A stretch of DNA of 64,000 nt, taken from positions 102,488,001 to 102,552,000 of the forward strand of contig CM059432.1 of the NCBI GenBank assembly GCA_030390025.1. Direction: 5' to 3'. Made by a program: the position numbers and the translations under genes. The stretch comes from Squalus acanthias. Its lineage: Eukaryota. Below are positions 13,570-24,569 of the stretch, piece by piece; positions within the stretch are counted from its first letter, which is position 1; each line of letters opens with the position of its first letter. The notes under the pieces are model-generated. The model worked only from the letters and a program-made list of their open reading frames with translations. It had not been told where the DNA came from and did no database searches.

Positions 13570-15381
13570 ATGGCGACCGCGGCAGGACACTGGCAGCGAG
13601 AGGGTAGTGTGTTAGATTTTGGAATGACTGTACGAAATGTTATGCAGGAAAAGATAGCAGATTATGTGTTTGGAAAGGTTAATCTAACTAAGAAATGGAT
13701 AAGTGAATTGTTAGCGGATAAAAGCCCGCTAGAGGCAGCTGAAAGGTGGACAGATAGTAAAGAACATAGAAAGACACTTGAGAAAGCAGTCTGGCTTATG
13801 TGTTACAAAAGGCAGGTTCAGATTTCAAACCAGACCATTACAGCGCTAGTAGCTCGAATCAGTCATTTAGAGGGAGAAATGGATGAGAAGGTTTCTGGAG
13901 GGGAGGTGCTCATTAAGAATTTAAATGAGTTGCACCAAGAAAGCCAGGAAGTCTCCAGTCACCTTAAAACAAGGATAGATTATCTCGAGTGCCAGGTCAC
14001 TGAGGCGAAGTTGAATGAAAGCAGGTTAAAGGAAAGATGTAACCGCCAAGCTGCCCAGATAAGAACTCAAGAAGAGAGCTTAACGGGGGTTAGGGCGGCA
14101 TATAAGTTGGCCCTTGAGGATAAGTTTCAGGGAGCCGATCATAGCGCCTGCCAAAGGGAGATAGAGCACCTCAAAAAGGCCGTGAACAATGCGAACGGCA
14201 TGGTGTGCCTTATCAATCCGTCGGCACACCAGCCGCTAGTAAGTGAGAGATTAAAAAAATCCCCACCAAGTAAAGCAGAAGAAGTAGTAGCCACTGCGCC
14301 CTCCGCGCCACCCAGCTATTCGGAAACCTGGGTTAGGGAGGAAGCAATGGAAGAAACAAAAGAGCCCCTTGAAAAAGAAGTAGGAAAGGGACAGTTGTAT
14401 CCAGTAACGGGTATTAAAAGGGGCCCAAGCAGAAACGGTGGGGAAGAACCGGGGGATCTCCTCGGACAGCTGGTGTTGCCTCACAGTTCACATCAGCTGA
14501 GAGCTATGATAAATCACGTACGGAAGCTGACCGAGGCAGACGACCCTTCCGTACATTTCAGAGAAGTTGAGCAAGCCGCAGCCATTAACGGCTGCGATGA
14601 TGGGGAAACAGCAAAAATGCTGCTGTTCTCATTAGACAGCTCGGTCCTTCAGTGTCTCTCAGGCGAGAGCAAGAGGGGAACCAAGAGTTATGAGGAATTA
14701 AAGAATGAGGTCCTGGAAGTGTTGGGGGCGAACGACGAAGGTCCGTTTGCTAGAGTGGGACAGACAGTGCAGATGGAGGGAGAGCCCCCGAAGGTTTTTG
14801 CCGACAGGCTGTGGCCAGTATATGAGCGCAGCTGCCTAGGTGCGCCCGAGCGCGAAGATGTGGAAGGTTTAGCTTTAACTCATTGGCTTAGGTGCATAAT
14901 AGCCAACAGTTTACCAGCCGTCAGAGAGCAGGCAAAAGCATGGTTTGATCCCAATGACCCCAACATTACGGAAGAGTCGGTCTTGAATCGACTCACGTTA
15001 GGTTATCGCAATATAAGGGGTATGGCAACACGTCCCCTTAAGGGAAGAGTACATGAGGTACGACCCGCAGCCCCGTATCAAAGAGAGTGGCATCAGGAGG
15101 GTAATCGCGCCCCACAGGCAGGTAATGCTTGTTACGGGTGTGGGAAGACAGGGCACTGGCGCAAGCATTGCAGGAACCCTTGGAAGGATTCCAAGGATAA
15201 AAATCCCGCGGTCCGAGCCCAGGCGCCTGTCCCGGCTAAGGAAGCTAAGGCACCCACCCCTCCTGACGAACTCGAAGTAGTGTTAGGAGCCATGCGCAAG
15301 CTAATCTTGAATGCGCGTGGACAGGTGGCGGTCGCAACCGGCCCCGTAGGTGCCGCAGGACCGTCTAATAGTACCCCATGA
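13570..15381 (+). CDS. gag: Gag (N-terminal coiled coil, capsid-like region, CCHC zinc knuckle)
   Basis: 603-aa open ORF with CYGCGKTGHWRKHC at about 15130 and PPSY late-domain-like motif. Ends TGA followed by CTAG. The true start (13570 or 13624) is uncertain. Confidence 0.92.
   Translation: MATAAGHWQREGSVLDFGMTVRNVMQEKIADYVFGKVNLTKKWISELLADKSPLEAAERWTDSKEHRKTLEKAVWLMCYKRQVQISNQTITALVARISHLEGEMDEKVSGGEVLIKNLNELHQESQEVSSHLKTRIDYLECQVTEAKLNESRLKERCNRQAAQIRTQEESLTGVRAAYKLALEDKFQGADHSACQREIEHLKKAVNNANGMVCLINPSAHQPLVSERLKKSPPSKAEEVVATAPSAPPSYSETWVREEAMEETKEPLEKEVGKGQLYPVTGIKRGPSRNGGEEPGDLLGQLVLPHSSHQLRAMINHVRKLTEADDPSVHFREVEQAAAINGCDDGETAKMLLFSLDSSVLQCLSGESKRGTKSYEELKNEVLEVLGANDEGPFARVGQTVQMEGEPPKVFADRLWPVYERSCLGAPEREDVEGLALTHWLRCIIANSLPAVREQAKAWFDPNDPNITEESVLNRLTLGYRNIRGMATRPLKGRVHEVRPAAPYQREWHQEGNRAPQAGNACYGCGKTGHWRKHCRNPWKDSKDKNPAVRAQAPVPAKEAKAPTPPDELEVVLGAMRKLILNARGQVAVATGPVGAAGPSNSTP
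13571..13588 (+). promoter_or_regulatory. Primer-binding site, tRNA-Ser-like
   Basis: TGGCGACCGCGGCAGGAC, 5 nt after the LTR. Resembles the complement of tRNA-Ser 3' ends (TGGCG...GGCAGGA) and is conserved in the second copy. Confidence 0.65.
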
Positions 15382-18300
15382 CTAGAACCGGCGCAGCCCG
15401 TCTACCTGTGTCCGCTTAGCTATGATGCGTGGAGGCGACCTTTGGTGGAGATGGAGATAGAGAAACAGAAGGGTAGTTATTTGTTGGACACGGGAGCTTC
15501 TTGCACCATAATCCATACAGATAACCCTTTTGACTCGCCGCTATCTACCAAGGTCCCATTCACGTTAGCAGGGTTCACAGGAAAAGAACAGGCTGGCACG
15601 TTTTCCCTTCCGCTATCCATTCGTTTAGGAACACTTCGCCTTAAGTGGAAGTGTATACTGATGGCATGGCAAAAGGGGGGTGGAAGAGGTATTCTCGGGT
15701 CCGATCTCCTAGCGGGACACGGGATCCTCGTGGACCTCAGAAATCACTGTCTCTGGGGGGCTAAAGGTGAAAAAGGCGAGGTAATAGTGATTCTGGGGGA
15801 GGAAGAAACAGGGGTCCTGTGTACCGTACAGCCATCCGGAGGCTACGACCTCAGGCTTATGGTCGCAGATGTCCCAACGGACATGCAAACGTACGTGTCA
15901 GATAATATGCACGCGTTTGCAACCCACAAGCACGATTGTGGGAGAGTGGTCGGGTTTGAGGTCAGCGTAGATGGGGACCCCATGACCCGACCCCAAAAGC
16001 AGTATAACTTCCCCAAAGAAGCAGAACCCGATATGGAGACAGCAATGTCCTCCTTGGTGCAGCAGGGCGTGTTGAGGCCGATAGCCACACACGTGAACTC
16101 CCCATTATGGCCGGTTAGGAAGCCGGATAATTCGTGGAGAGCCACGGTGGACTACAGAGTCCTTAACAGTAACATTCCCGCCTGCGCGCCCACGGTAGCA
16201 GCAGTTGCTGACCTAATAGGGAGCATCCCAGCGTCCGCGACCACGTTCACGGTGCTGGATATCTCGAACGGTTTTTGGTCCATCCCGCTGCGGCGAGAGG
16301 ACCAGTACAAGTTTGCCTTTACTTTCAAAGGACAACAGTACACGTGGAACTGTCTGCCACAGGGTTTCCACAATAGCCCCAGTATTTTTCATCAGTGTAT
16401 GGCAGGAAGTTTAAAGGAGTTTAGTCAGCCCAATCAGATAGTACAGTATGTGGATGATTTGCTCCTATTTATGGACTCAAGGGAGGAGCACGGACCATTA
16501 CTGGACGAGTTATTGGAGCTGTTAGCGAGAAAGGGTTTTAAAATAAACCCTAAGAAAGCACGTATCGGTCAGCGGGAAGTAAAATTCCTGGGACTGACCA
16601 TACGCGCTGGGGAAAGAGCCATAGACAAAGCAAGGAGGGAGTCGGTGCAAGAATTACCGATTCCCAACAACGTAAGGGGTGTGAGGTCCTTCTTGGGACT
16701 GACCGGTTACTGCAGGGATTTTATCGAAGACTATGCGGCCACAGCAGCGCCGCTCCTCCGACTCCTCCATAAGGGGGTGGAGTGGTTTTGGGACGAGGGC
16801 TGCCAAGCAGCCTTCGAGAAGTTAAAAAGGGATCTGCAGACCGCGCCAGCCTTAGGGGCCATAGATGGGGGGAAGGAGTTTTTCCTGGAGGTAGCTGCCA
16901 GCGGAGACAGCTTAAGCGCCGTACTGCTCCAAGAGCGTCACGGCAAGCTGAGGCCGGTTGTCTATTCATCCAGGGTGTTAACGGATGTGGAGAGAAGTTT
17001 CTCCAATTGCGAAAGGCACCTTTTAGCCACGCATTGGGCTGTGAAAAGATCAGCGATCTTCACAGGGCTCTCTCCCATCACTCTCCTCACACATCACACA
17101 CCAACTAAGATGCTTCTGGATGGGAGGATTAAAGACGGGACCGTAAGCAGCGCACGCATTGCGCGTTGGACCCTTCTTCTCTCCCAGTTGGATCTTAGAG
17201 TAAAAGGTCTTTGCGAGCCCAGGCTTGCGGCCAATTTGGTATACCCCGGTACAGTTCGGTGGAAGGGGTGTGGGACGTCAACATAGGTTTACGGGCCGGG
17301 ATACATCCCACTGGGCGCGAGATTTATGTTGATGGGTCTAGCACAGTATCTGCTGGCGAGCGCCTCACAGGGTGTGGAGTTTATGACCCTGCGGCAGACC
17401 TTGCCCTGGCGATCAAGCTCCCTAGCACCATGAGCGCGCAGCAAGCCGAGCTGTCTGCCGTGGTGTACGTTGTGACCCACCCAGACATTTTCCCAACCCC
17501 ATACACGATTTGCTCGGACAGTATGTTCACCTGCAATTCGTGTACGGAATACCTGGCCATTTGGTCCCGCCGTGGATACACCTCCGCGGACGGGCGACCT
17601 TTAACGGTGAAGCCCTTGCTGGAAAAGATCTTAGCAGCAGCAGTAGGGGAGGAAGGAGAGATTTTCATCCATAAGGTGAAGGCTCACTCCTCCACAGAGC
17701 CCTGTGGGGAGGGCAACCAGCAGGCGGATGCGCTAGCCAGGGAAGGTGCCCGCAACGGCATTTTCTGGAACCCCTATGGGACCGGACCCATAGCAGCGGT
17801 CCGAGGCAGGGACGGGAATCCCGGGAACACCAGGGTAGCATTGCCCCTAGACCTTAAGACCGTCCAAACCCAGGATCCCGCCCTAAAAGCAGTCCTAAAA
17901 ACGATTGCTGAGGGGAGGCAGGTAGAAGGTCCGTACAGTACGGCAACCCTCTCAGTTAAGGAAGGCATGCTGTTCCGCGAGGAGCAGTGGGTTGTGCCGC
18001 AGCAGCACAGGAGGGAATTCCTCCAGTTGGCTCACGAGGGACCAGGGGCAGGGCACCCCGGGCCCGAGGTTACCTGGCAACGGGTAGAGCAAGCGGGATG
18101 GTGGCCAGGGCTCAGGGAACAAGTCCGCGAGTTCTGCGCAAACTGTCTTGTGTGCGCTGCAAACAACCCAGACCCCCAGAAAAGGAAGGTGCCCATGGGA
18201 CACGTAAGAAGGGTAGAGGGACCATGGCAGTCGATACAGATCGACTATATAGGACCCCTGCCCACCACCCAGGGAGGTTATAAGTACTGCCTCGTCCTGG

Positions 18301-19868
18301 TGGATGTGTTTTCCAAGTGGGTGGAAGCCTTCCCTTGTCGAACAGCTACGGCACTGGGTACAGCAAAAATCTTGGTCCGGGAAGTGTTCTCGCGGTGGGG
18401 ACTCCCCCGTTTTGTGGAGTCAGACCAAGGGAGTCATTTCACCGGCCAGGTGATGCAGAACACCCTCATGCTTTTGGGCATTGAAGGGAAGTGGCACGTA
18501 GCACACAATCCCCAGTCATCCGGGATTGTTGAACGTATGAACCGGACCCTGAAGGAGAAATTGAGGAAAGAGACTAGGAACTCGCCCCAAAAATGGGCGG
18601 AAGTTCTGCCTTTAGTCCTCATGGGGGTCCGGGCCAGTCAGTCAAAAAGTACGGGGTACTCCCCGCACGAGGTAATGACCGGGAGGCTCATGCGAACCCC
18701 CACCCATGTGCTAGCCCCGGTGCTCACTGAGGGTCAGCTCCAAGAGATAAGCAGGGACAAGTTCGCCCAGACTCTCTTGGAGCGCCTGAAGCAAGTTTAT
18801 GAGCAGGCGGCTGGGAACATGGGAAGGCAGCATCAGGGCAATCGCTTGTTGCTGGAACCCCGCAAAACGCGGGAGTGGGAAGTGGGAGACCAGGTCATGG
18901 TCAGAAACTACGCCAGAGTAGGGAGTCTGGAACCACTGTATATGGGACCCTACAACATTGTAGACAAGGCGAGTCCCATGGTTTACGCCGTAAAAGTACC
19001 TCGGCGCACTAAGTGGTTCCACATAAACCAATGCAAACTGTACCAGCCAGGTGCGCAAGGGAAAACTACAGGGGTAAATCCCGCCAACGGGAAAGCACAG
19101 CCCCAGGTAGGACCACAAGGCACACAGGCAGGCATAGCAGCTTGCATCAGGGGAAGGGACATCCCGGACGATCATGCAGCGTTTTTCTGGAATTGGGGGT
19201 TAGATGAGGAAGAATTCAGGGTACCCGGGTCAGATGAGGATAGTGCAGATGAGGATAGTGATGACGACGGGTGGTTTCGGAGGAACGGTCCCTTTTACGA
19301 TATGGAGGGGACGGGGGCTGCAGGTAGAGATCCACACAGGGTGGACACCCAAGCTGCAGGTCCCGAAGACAGGAGGGAGGAGCTAGAGGAGGCAGGGCCA
19401 GCCGCTATGGGAGCACAGAGAGTACCGGTGTGGCTCCCAGAGATGTGGCCGCCCGCTTTGAACGTCCAGTCCTCGGGGGAGGCAGAGATCACGAGTGAAG
19501 GGCCGCCTGCTGGGCCGAGCAGGGCGGGGCCACGAACTGCAAGCCCCGAGGTTAGGGAGGCGGAGTCAGCGGAGGCGGAGCCAGCGACTGTGATGGAACC
19601 CCAGGTCATCCCGATGGAAGTCTCGGAACCCGGTCCGTCCGTCACGGAACCCCCGCCCATAGCAACTCCCCGTAGGTCAAGTAGAGAACCCCAGCCCAGG
19701 AGGATGTGGTCATGTCCCCAGACTGCCCCAAGGCGTAGAGTTAAGGTTAAGATAACCCAGATACAGGCCGGCCACATCGCAGCAGCAACAGGCTGCGGCA
19801 GATCAGAGGGAAGGGTCAGTGCCCTCCCACCGTCGGGAAGAGCTCGCAGCAGCCTTCTCAGAATTTAA
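15382..19868 (+). CDS. pol: Pol: protease, RT, tether, RNase H, integrase and long C-terminal tail; one frameshift near 17250-17260
   Basis: LLDTGAS; RT LPQG and YVDD (16447); degenerate RNase H FFLEVAAS; second RNase H IYVDGSS...AQQAEL...SDS...KVKAH...GNQQADALA; integrase HHCC and D,D(35)E (IDYIG, SDQG, VERMN). Confidence 0.92.
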
Positions 19869-20156
19869 AGGGGCCGCCCTGAGAACGGGCGGCACTGTAT
19901 AGTAATAAGTTTTAAGTTTTAAGTTCATGGTTCAAGGTTAAGTTTATAGTTTTTTAATAAGGTTAAGTTTGTAGTGTTTTTAACAGAAAACGATAAAATG
20001 ATGGGAGCTTTAAAGATAGGTTTAGTTAAAGTTTATTCAGCGAACGTTGAAGTTTACGTGAGGCGAGGTCAGGGGACCCGCTCACCCTTCACAAAAGCCA
20101 GAGACTCTTGCGAGGCTGGCTACCTCATTCTATCTGATCACAGGAACCAAGGAAGG

Positions 20157-22508
20157 ATGGAACGAATTCTAGTATTGCTCGTGGCAATCGGATCTGGATT
20201 GGCCTATCGAGGCCGCACCAAGGATGTCGTGGTGTTTGGATGTTCCGGGGACACGGCCCCCATCGCGGTGGATGGGACCGGAAGACGGGAGGCAGAGGAG
20301 ACCAGCACCTATTTCCACAAGGGAAGGTGGCCAGGATGGCTGGGAACGAACTCAACGGAGTATTCTAGCACATCAGGGTTTGCCTACAAAGAGACTTCTT
20401 TACTGTGCCCCAAAGTAAGGATCATCGCACCCAGGATCAGCGTCACCGTCGGCAAACGGATTTGTTTGACTTGTAGTGGGAAGGTCCCATTGAGCCGATG
20501 GTGGTGGCTGCGAAAGCTGAGCAAAACTATGAGGAAATCTTCGGTCGAGTGGGAACGACTGGGTAATAATACCCATCGGACAATTACGGGGACAGACGGA
20601 CAAGTGAAAGTCTGTTGGGACAAATGGTGGGAACCGGATGAGGGAATTTATGTATGTATGTGGGGGTCAAAGTACGTTTGCCCCAAAGGCATCTCCATAT
20701 TTTTCATTAATCAATGGCAGGATAACGGACAGGGGATGAGGTGGGATGCGAGCACCAGGGGGTGCGGAGCCCCATTCTCCCCGATCCCAGTAAATGCCAC
20801 TGAGCTCATTACACGCCCACGCAAAGCCCCGCCCACGATTCCGGTGGTTCTAGCTGAGGAAGAAGGGTGCCCTAAAACTAGTAAGGGACCCGGGAATGGT
20901 TTGGTACTGGTCCCCACAGACCAGATACTATTTCAGGGAGTACATTACGCGGTGGCCTCGGTGATTTTAAATCTCACCGAGGTGCGGTTACCAGAGTGGT
21001 GCCCCAAAAAGACGGAACAGTTGTATCAGGTCCTGTTGACCAAGATGTTCAGACAATTTTACGAATTCGATTTCGCGGAAATTGATAAAACAAGTTTGTA
21101 CACCGCACCACAGGAAGTTTTGAATCAAGCAGGGAGGCAAAGAAGGGGTTTGGTGAACGATGCGTTCACCGCTTTTAACACAGGTACATCTGTGGTCAAC
21201 GCTCTAGACAGTGTGGAGCTGCAGACCCAGATTAATGGTTTAAAGACACAATTAAAAGACATTCTAACAGATGAGAATAAAGTGGTAGGGTCAGGTTTAC
21301 ACGAGGACCAAGCCATGACTCTCCATTTAAAGGAAATTATAGCAGAGTTGGAAAAACATGCAAAGACGGTAAATGCCCTGATTAGGGAAGATCGGAATGC
21401 ATCCGATCAAGCTGCGCAGAACGAGGTGTGCGTGCTTTACGGGGCGTGGTTACTGGGCGAGGGCCGCAGTAATTTGGAGGATTTAAAACAAGGTTTGGTT
21501 CCGTCCTGGATAAATAACAAACACCTGCGGGCGCTCCACCCTTTTCAGAACGCATTAAGTCCGTGCCAGCTCAGGCTAGCTTCAGAAGCTTACCCAGTCC
21601 CCGTGGACTGCGGACGTTCAAACCATACTATTATGGGAATAGTATTACGCATGCCGGTTTTGGGCGACACAGCAAAGCCCGCCCCGATATATCGGGTGGA
21701 GAACATTGGTGTCATTCAGGGGGGAGCCCACATTCGTTACGCAGCGGTTCCACCTTACGTCATCCGCTGGGAGCAAACGATGACAGGTACAGATCTCTCT
21801 GGTTGTCGTGGCAGGGGAGCACACATAATACTGTGCCCCCAGCACTTGAATGCCTTTTTAACACCACAGTGCGGGTTCAGAACAACTGGCGCAAAGTCCA
21901 TGAATTGCACCATGGAGGCAATGGCACAAGATCATGTGCCTCCGCAGGTAGCATACATCGGGGGTGGAACATATTGTGTTACCACTGCAGCGCAACACTA
22001 CCAGCATGGAAACCGTAGCCGGTGTCCGGTGAGTGACAGCAGTTTCTGTTTTAAACCCAGGGCGGAAGTTCAAGTAGCACAACAGCGAATCATCCCAATC
22101 CCTGAACCATCCACTGTTCATCTCACAGTAAAAGAGAATTTCACCGACTTGCAGCGATTCGTCGCGCATTTTGGATACCTCATTCCCCCTCTCCCTGAAC
22201 ACCTCACCAAGCTTTTAAAAGCCGTCGCGGTGTCACAGAAACATTTTTACACATTAGAGCAGAAAACTGTCGAAATAGGAACAGACATTTTGGATATAGT
22301 GATTCCACCGTGGTGGAATCTGTTCACTAATATTGAAGTGCCTTCATGGATCAGAATAGCCTCCCACATTTTAGTCGTATGCCAAGTGTTTATTGTAGTG
22401 TACCTATTGGTCGTACATTGTAAAAGAGACAAACGCCTCACCAAGCACGAAAACACGGGAGAGTGGCGAGAACGTTACGTGCGCGTGCACGATGAAAGCA
22501 CCGTGTAA
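20157..22508 (+). CDS. env: Env: signal peptide, Ig-like domain, class I (F-like) fusion protein, TM anchor; 783 aa, open
   Basis: Signal peptide MERILVLLVAIGSGLA after a splice acceptor (CTGATCACAG at 20143). Furin site RQRR|GLV at 21135-21146, heptad repeat, Cys-rich region and TM segment ILVVCQVFIVVYLLVV. Confidence 0.88.
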   Translation: MERILVLLVAIGSGLAYRGRTKDVVVFGCSGDTAPIAVDGTGRREAEETSTYFHKGRWPGWLGTNSTEYSSTSGFAYKETSLLCPKVRIIAPRISVTVGKRICLTCSGKVPLSRWWWLRKLSKTMRKSSVEWERLGNNTHRTITGTDGQVKVCWDKWWEPDEGIYVCMWGSKYVCPKGISIFFINQWQDNGQGMRWDASTRGCGAPFSPIPVNATELITRPRKAPPTIPVVLAEEEGCPKTSKGPGNGLVLVPTDQILFQGVHYAVASVILNLTEVRLPEWCPKKTEQLYQVLLTKMFRQFYEFDFAEIDKTSLYTAPQEVLNQAGRQRRGLVNDAFTAFNTGTSVVNALDSVELQTQINGLKTQLKDILTDENKVVGSGLHEDQAMTLHLKEIIAELEKHAKTVNALIREDRNASDQAAQNEVCVLYGAWLLGEGRSNLEDLKQGLVPSWINNKHLRALHPFQNALSPCQLRLASEAYPVPVDCGRSNHTIMGIVLRMPVLGDTAKPAPIYRVENIGVIQGGAHIRYAAVPPYVIRWEQTMTGTDLSGCRGRGAHIILCPQHLNAFLTPQCGFRTTGAKSMNCTMEAMAQDHVPPQVAYIGGGTYCVTTAAQHYQHGNRSRCPVSDSSFCFKPRAEVQVAQQRIIPIPEPSTVHLTVKENFTDLQRFVAHFGYLIPPLPEHLTKLLKAVAVSQKHFYTLEQKTVEIGTDILDIVIPPWWNLFTNIEVPSWIRIASHILVVCQVFIVVYLLVVHCKRDKRLTKHENTGEWRERYVRVHDESTV

Positions 22509-22947
22509 TCGGAAAATGGCGTCACTCCCGCTCGCCACGTGCGCCGCGGAAGTTGGTACTCGATCATGATTTTCAAAGATTGTAAATACGTTTGGGAACT
22601 CGACATGTTTTAAGAGTTGGTGTTGATTATTTTGGTGATGGTGTTACAGTTAAAAATGATTGTTTGGTTTTGGGTTTTGTTTTTCCTTTCCCTGAATAAA
22701 AGATGAATATACAGGTGATACGAGAGGCATCGGCCTGGTTACGCCGGGAAGGAAAACAAGTGGTGTAAGTTTAAGGGCAAATAATGCCTACGGTGATATA
22801 AAATGTAATTTTCTTGGGAAATAAGGACGACACAGAGACCCTAGCTCAGTTAAAGTTATGGGATTAATTTGCTGGATTCGGAGAGAAATCGAGATAATAT
22901 TGCTCACCACTATGATTTTTGATACGATAAGCGGAGTTATTCGCATC

Positions 22948-22959
22948 AACAGGAGGGAC
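22948..22959 (+). promoter_or_regulatory. Polypurine tract of Loki-1
   Basis: AACAGGAGGGAC immediately before the 3' LTR, and the same sequence in copy 2. Confidence 0.7.
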
Positions 22960-24569
22960 TGTAGAATTCGCAATATATCGCGATTTTATTAATAAGGAGA
23001 AAACACAGAGTTTCGTTCAAACAGCTTTTATTTCAGCAGAATGCTGACAGGTTTAAAGTGGACACAAGCAGCCTGTAAAATGGCCGCCGCACCTCGTGAC
23101 AGAACATTCTAGACTTTTCAACAGGCAGACAAGATGGCGTTCCAATAAACATTTGTGCAAGATCGATTAAGATTCAGCACAGTGAAGATAATACACGAGA
23201 CATTATGGGTTTGCAGTATACACATAAATACTGAAATCGGTCTCCCAGGTACAAAGGAAAGCCATTGTACCGAGTAATCAAGGGCCCATCCAAAAGACAT
23301 TAATATGTAGAATCCCAACGACTCTACGATGAGAGAGCCGTTAGCAGGTAGTTATACAGGACACTTGGAAGCCCCAAAACCCCTCCAGGGAGAACGCCGA
23401 CCGATTTAACAATGGGAGAAATATTAACAGGTACTCAGACATTTACGAGTAGCCCCGAAACCCATTAAGAACGGAGATCACCCATACAAGACATTTGAGC
23501 GCCAGACCTTAAACAAAAGAATGGACATTATAGTTGGGCGGGAAACGGAAGATTTTTGCACTATAATTGCAGGCTCCAAACCGTCCATCTTTCTCTTATC
23601 CGATCGATTCGTAACCTCGTGGCTGCTCCTGTGTACTCGTAGTTGGGCTCGCTCCTGCTTGCCTGTTGCCTCTTTTGAAAAGGACTGTTGAACTTTCTGA
23701 TCCGTTCGGATCTACCTCGTGTCGCATAACGAAGACCTATATTGGTAACCGGTATCGGAACCAAAGGCCCGAGATGAGATGAGATGAGATGAGAAGAGAG
23801 GAAGACCATATCCATCGCCACGGTCAGTAAATCCCGACCGCGCCTGTAGGTCGATTAGCCAAGTTTTCCTTGCCAGGAAGACTTCTTCGAACTTATAACG
23901 AAACATATCGCATCGATGATATAACTGGAATGTGAAAACCACCAATACAGATCTTCATCACAGCAGACGTTCCAGCCTGCTAGCCGGAGCAGCAGAAGCA
24001 AGTAAACAAGTGGGACCAGGAGATCTCCTGACCGACACGTGGGTGCTGCGGTGGAAAACATCCGATCAGCTATTCGGAATTTCTCCGAGTTATCACGAGT
24101 GGTGAGCATGAGTCTCGAAATCCTACGAATCTAGTTAGGATAGATATTGATAGGGGAGGGTTTAAGGATTAAGGATATTTGTAATGTGTGCCCCTATTTA
24201 CTATGTGCCGTTCGTTCCTCGTTTCCCTAAGATCGACTATATAACTGTTTGTAAGATTGTACTGTCATTAATCTGTGCTTATGACATGTATTTCATAATC
24301 TTAAGTATCATGCAATAAAGATTTTCCATATCGTACCATTCAAACCTAGTCTACATGAGTTTCATCTCCATTACTGCTCTCGCATCTAAGTCCAGTGTCT
24401 AGAACCGTAAGGGAGAGTGATTCGAACCACTCACAGGTGTGTCTAGTGTTCCCAGACTGGCTGGAGACCAGAACAGGCAACAAGGCCTAGACCCGCACTG
24501 ACATACAGGCTGCACAGAGCCGCGTGAACCTCACAGGCTGCGAGACACGCAGGGTCAGAATCCCTTACA
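22960..24569 (+). repeat. 3' LTR of Loki-1 (1610 bp)
   Basis: Direct repeat of 11956-13565. Confidence 0.97.

Larger units (their letters stand above)
11956..24569 (+). mobile_element. Near-intact endogenous lokiretrovirus-like provirus (Loki-1), LTR-gag-pol-env-LTR
   Basis: TG...CA LTRs, 4-bp TSD GGAA (11952-11955 and 24570-24573), PBS, PPT, tether plus second RNase H, and an F-like env. Confidence 0.9.

Noticed and set aside
19295..19777. Antisense ORF (160 aa; 196 aa at 58235-58825) present in both Loki copies
   Set aside because: It lies opposite a GC-rich, low-complexity coding region where stops are scarce. Its length differs between copies and it has no recognisable motif.
19974..20156. 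61-aa N-terminal extension of env in the ORF track
   Set aside because: It starts at GTG upstream of a splice acceptor. The signal peptide begins at ATG 20157.
22512..22540. Second PBS-like GAAAATGGCGTCAC just after env
   Set aside because: The match is short, changes in copy 2, and has no adjacent LTR end. It fits a YY1-like motif equally well.
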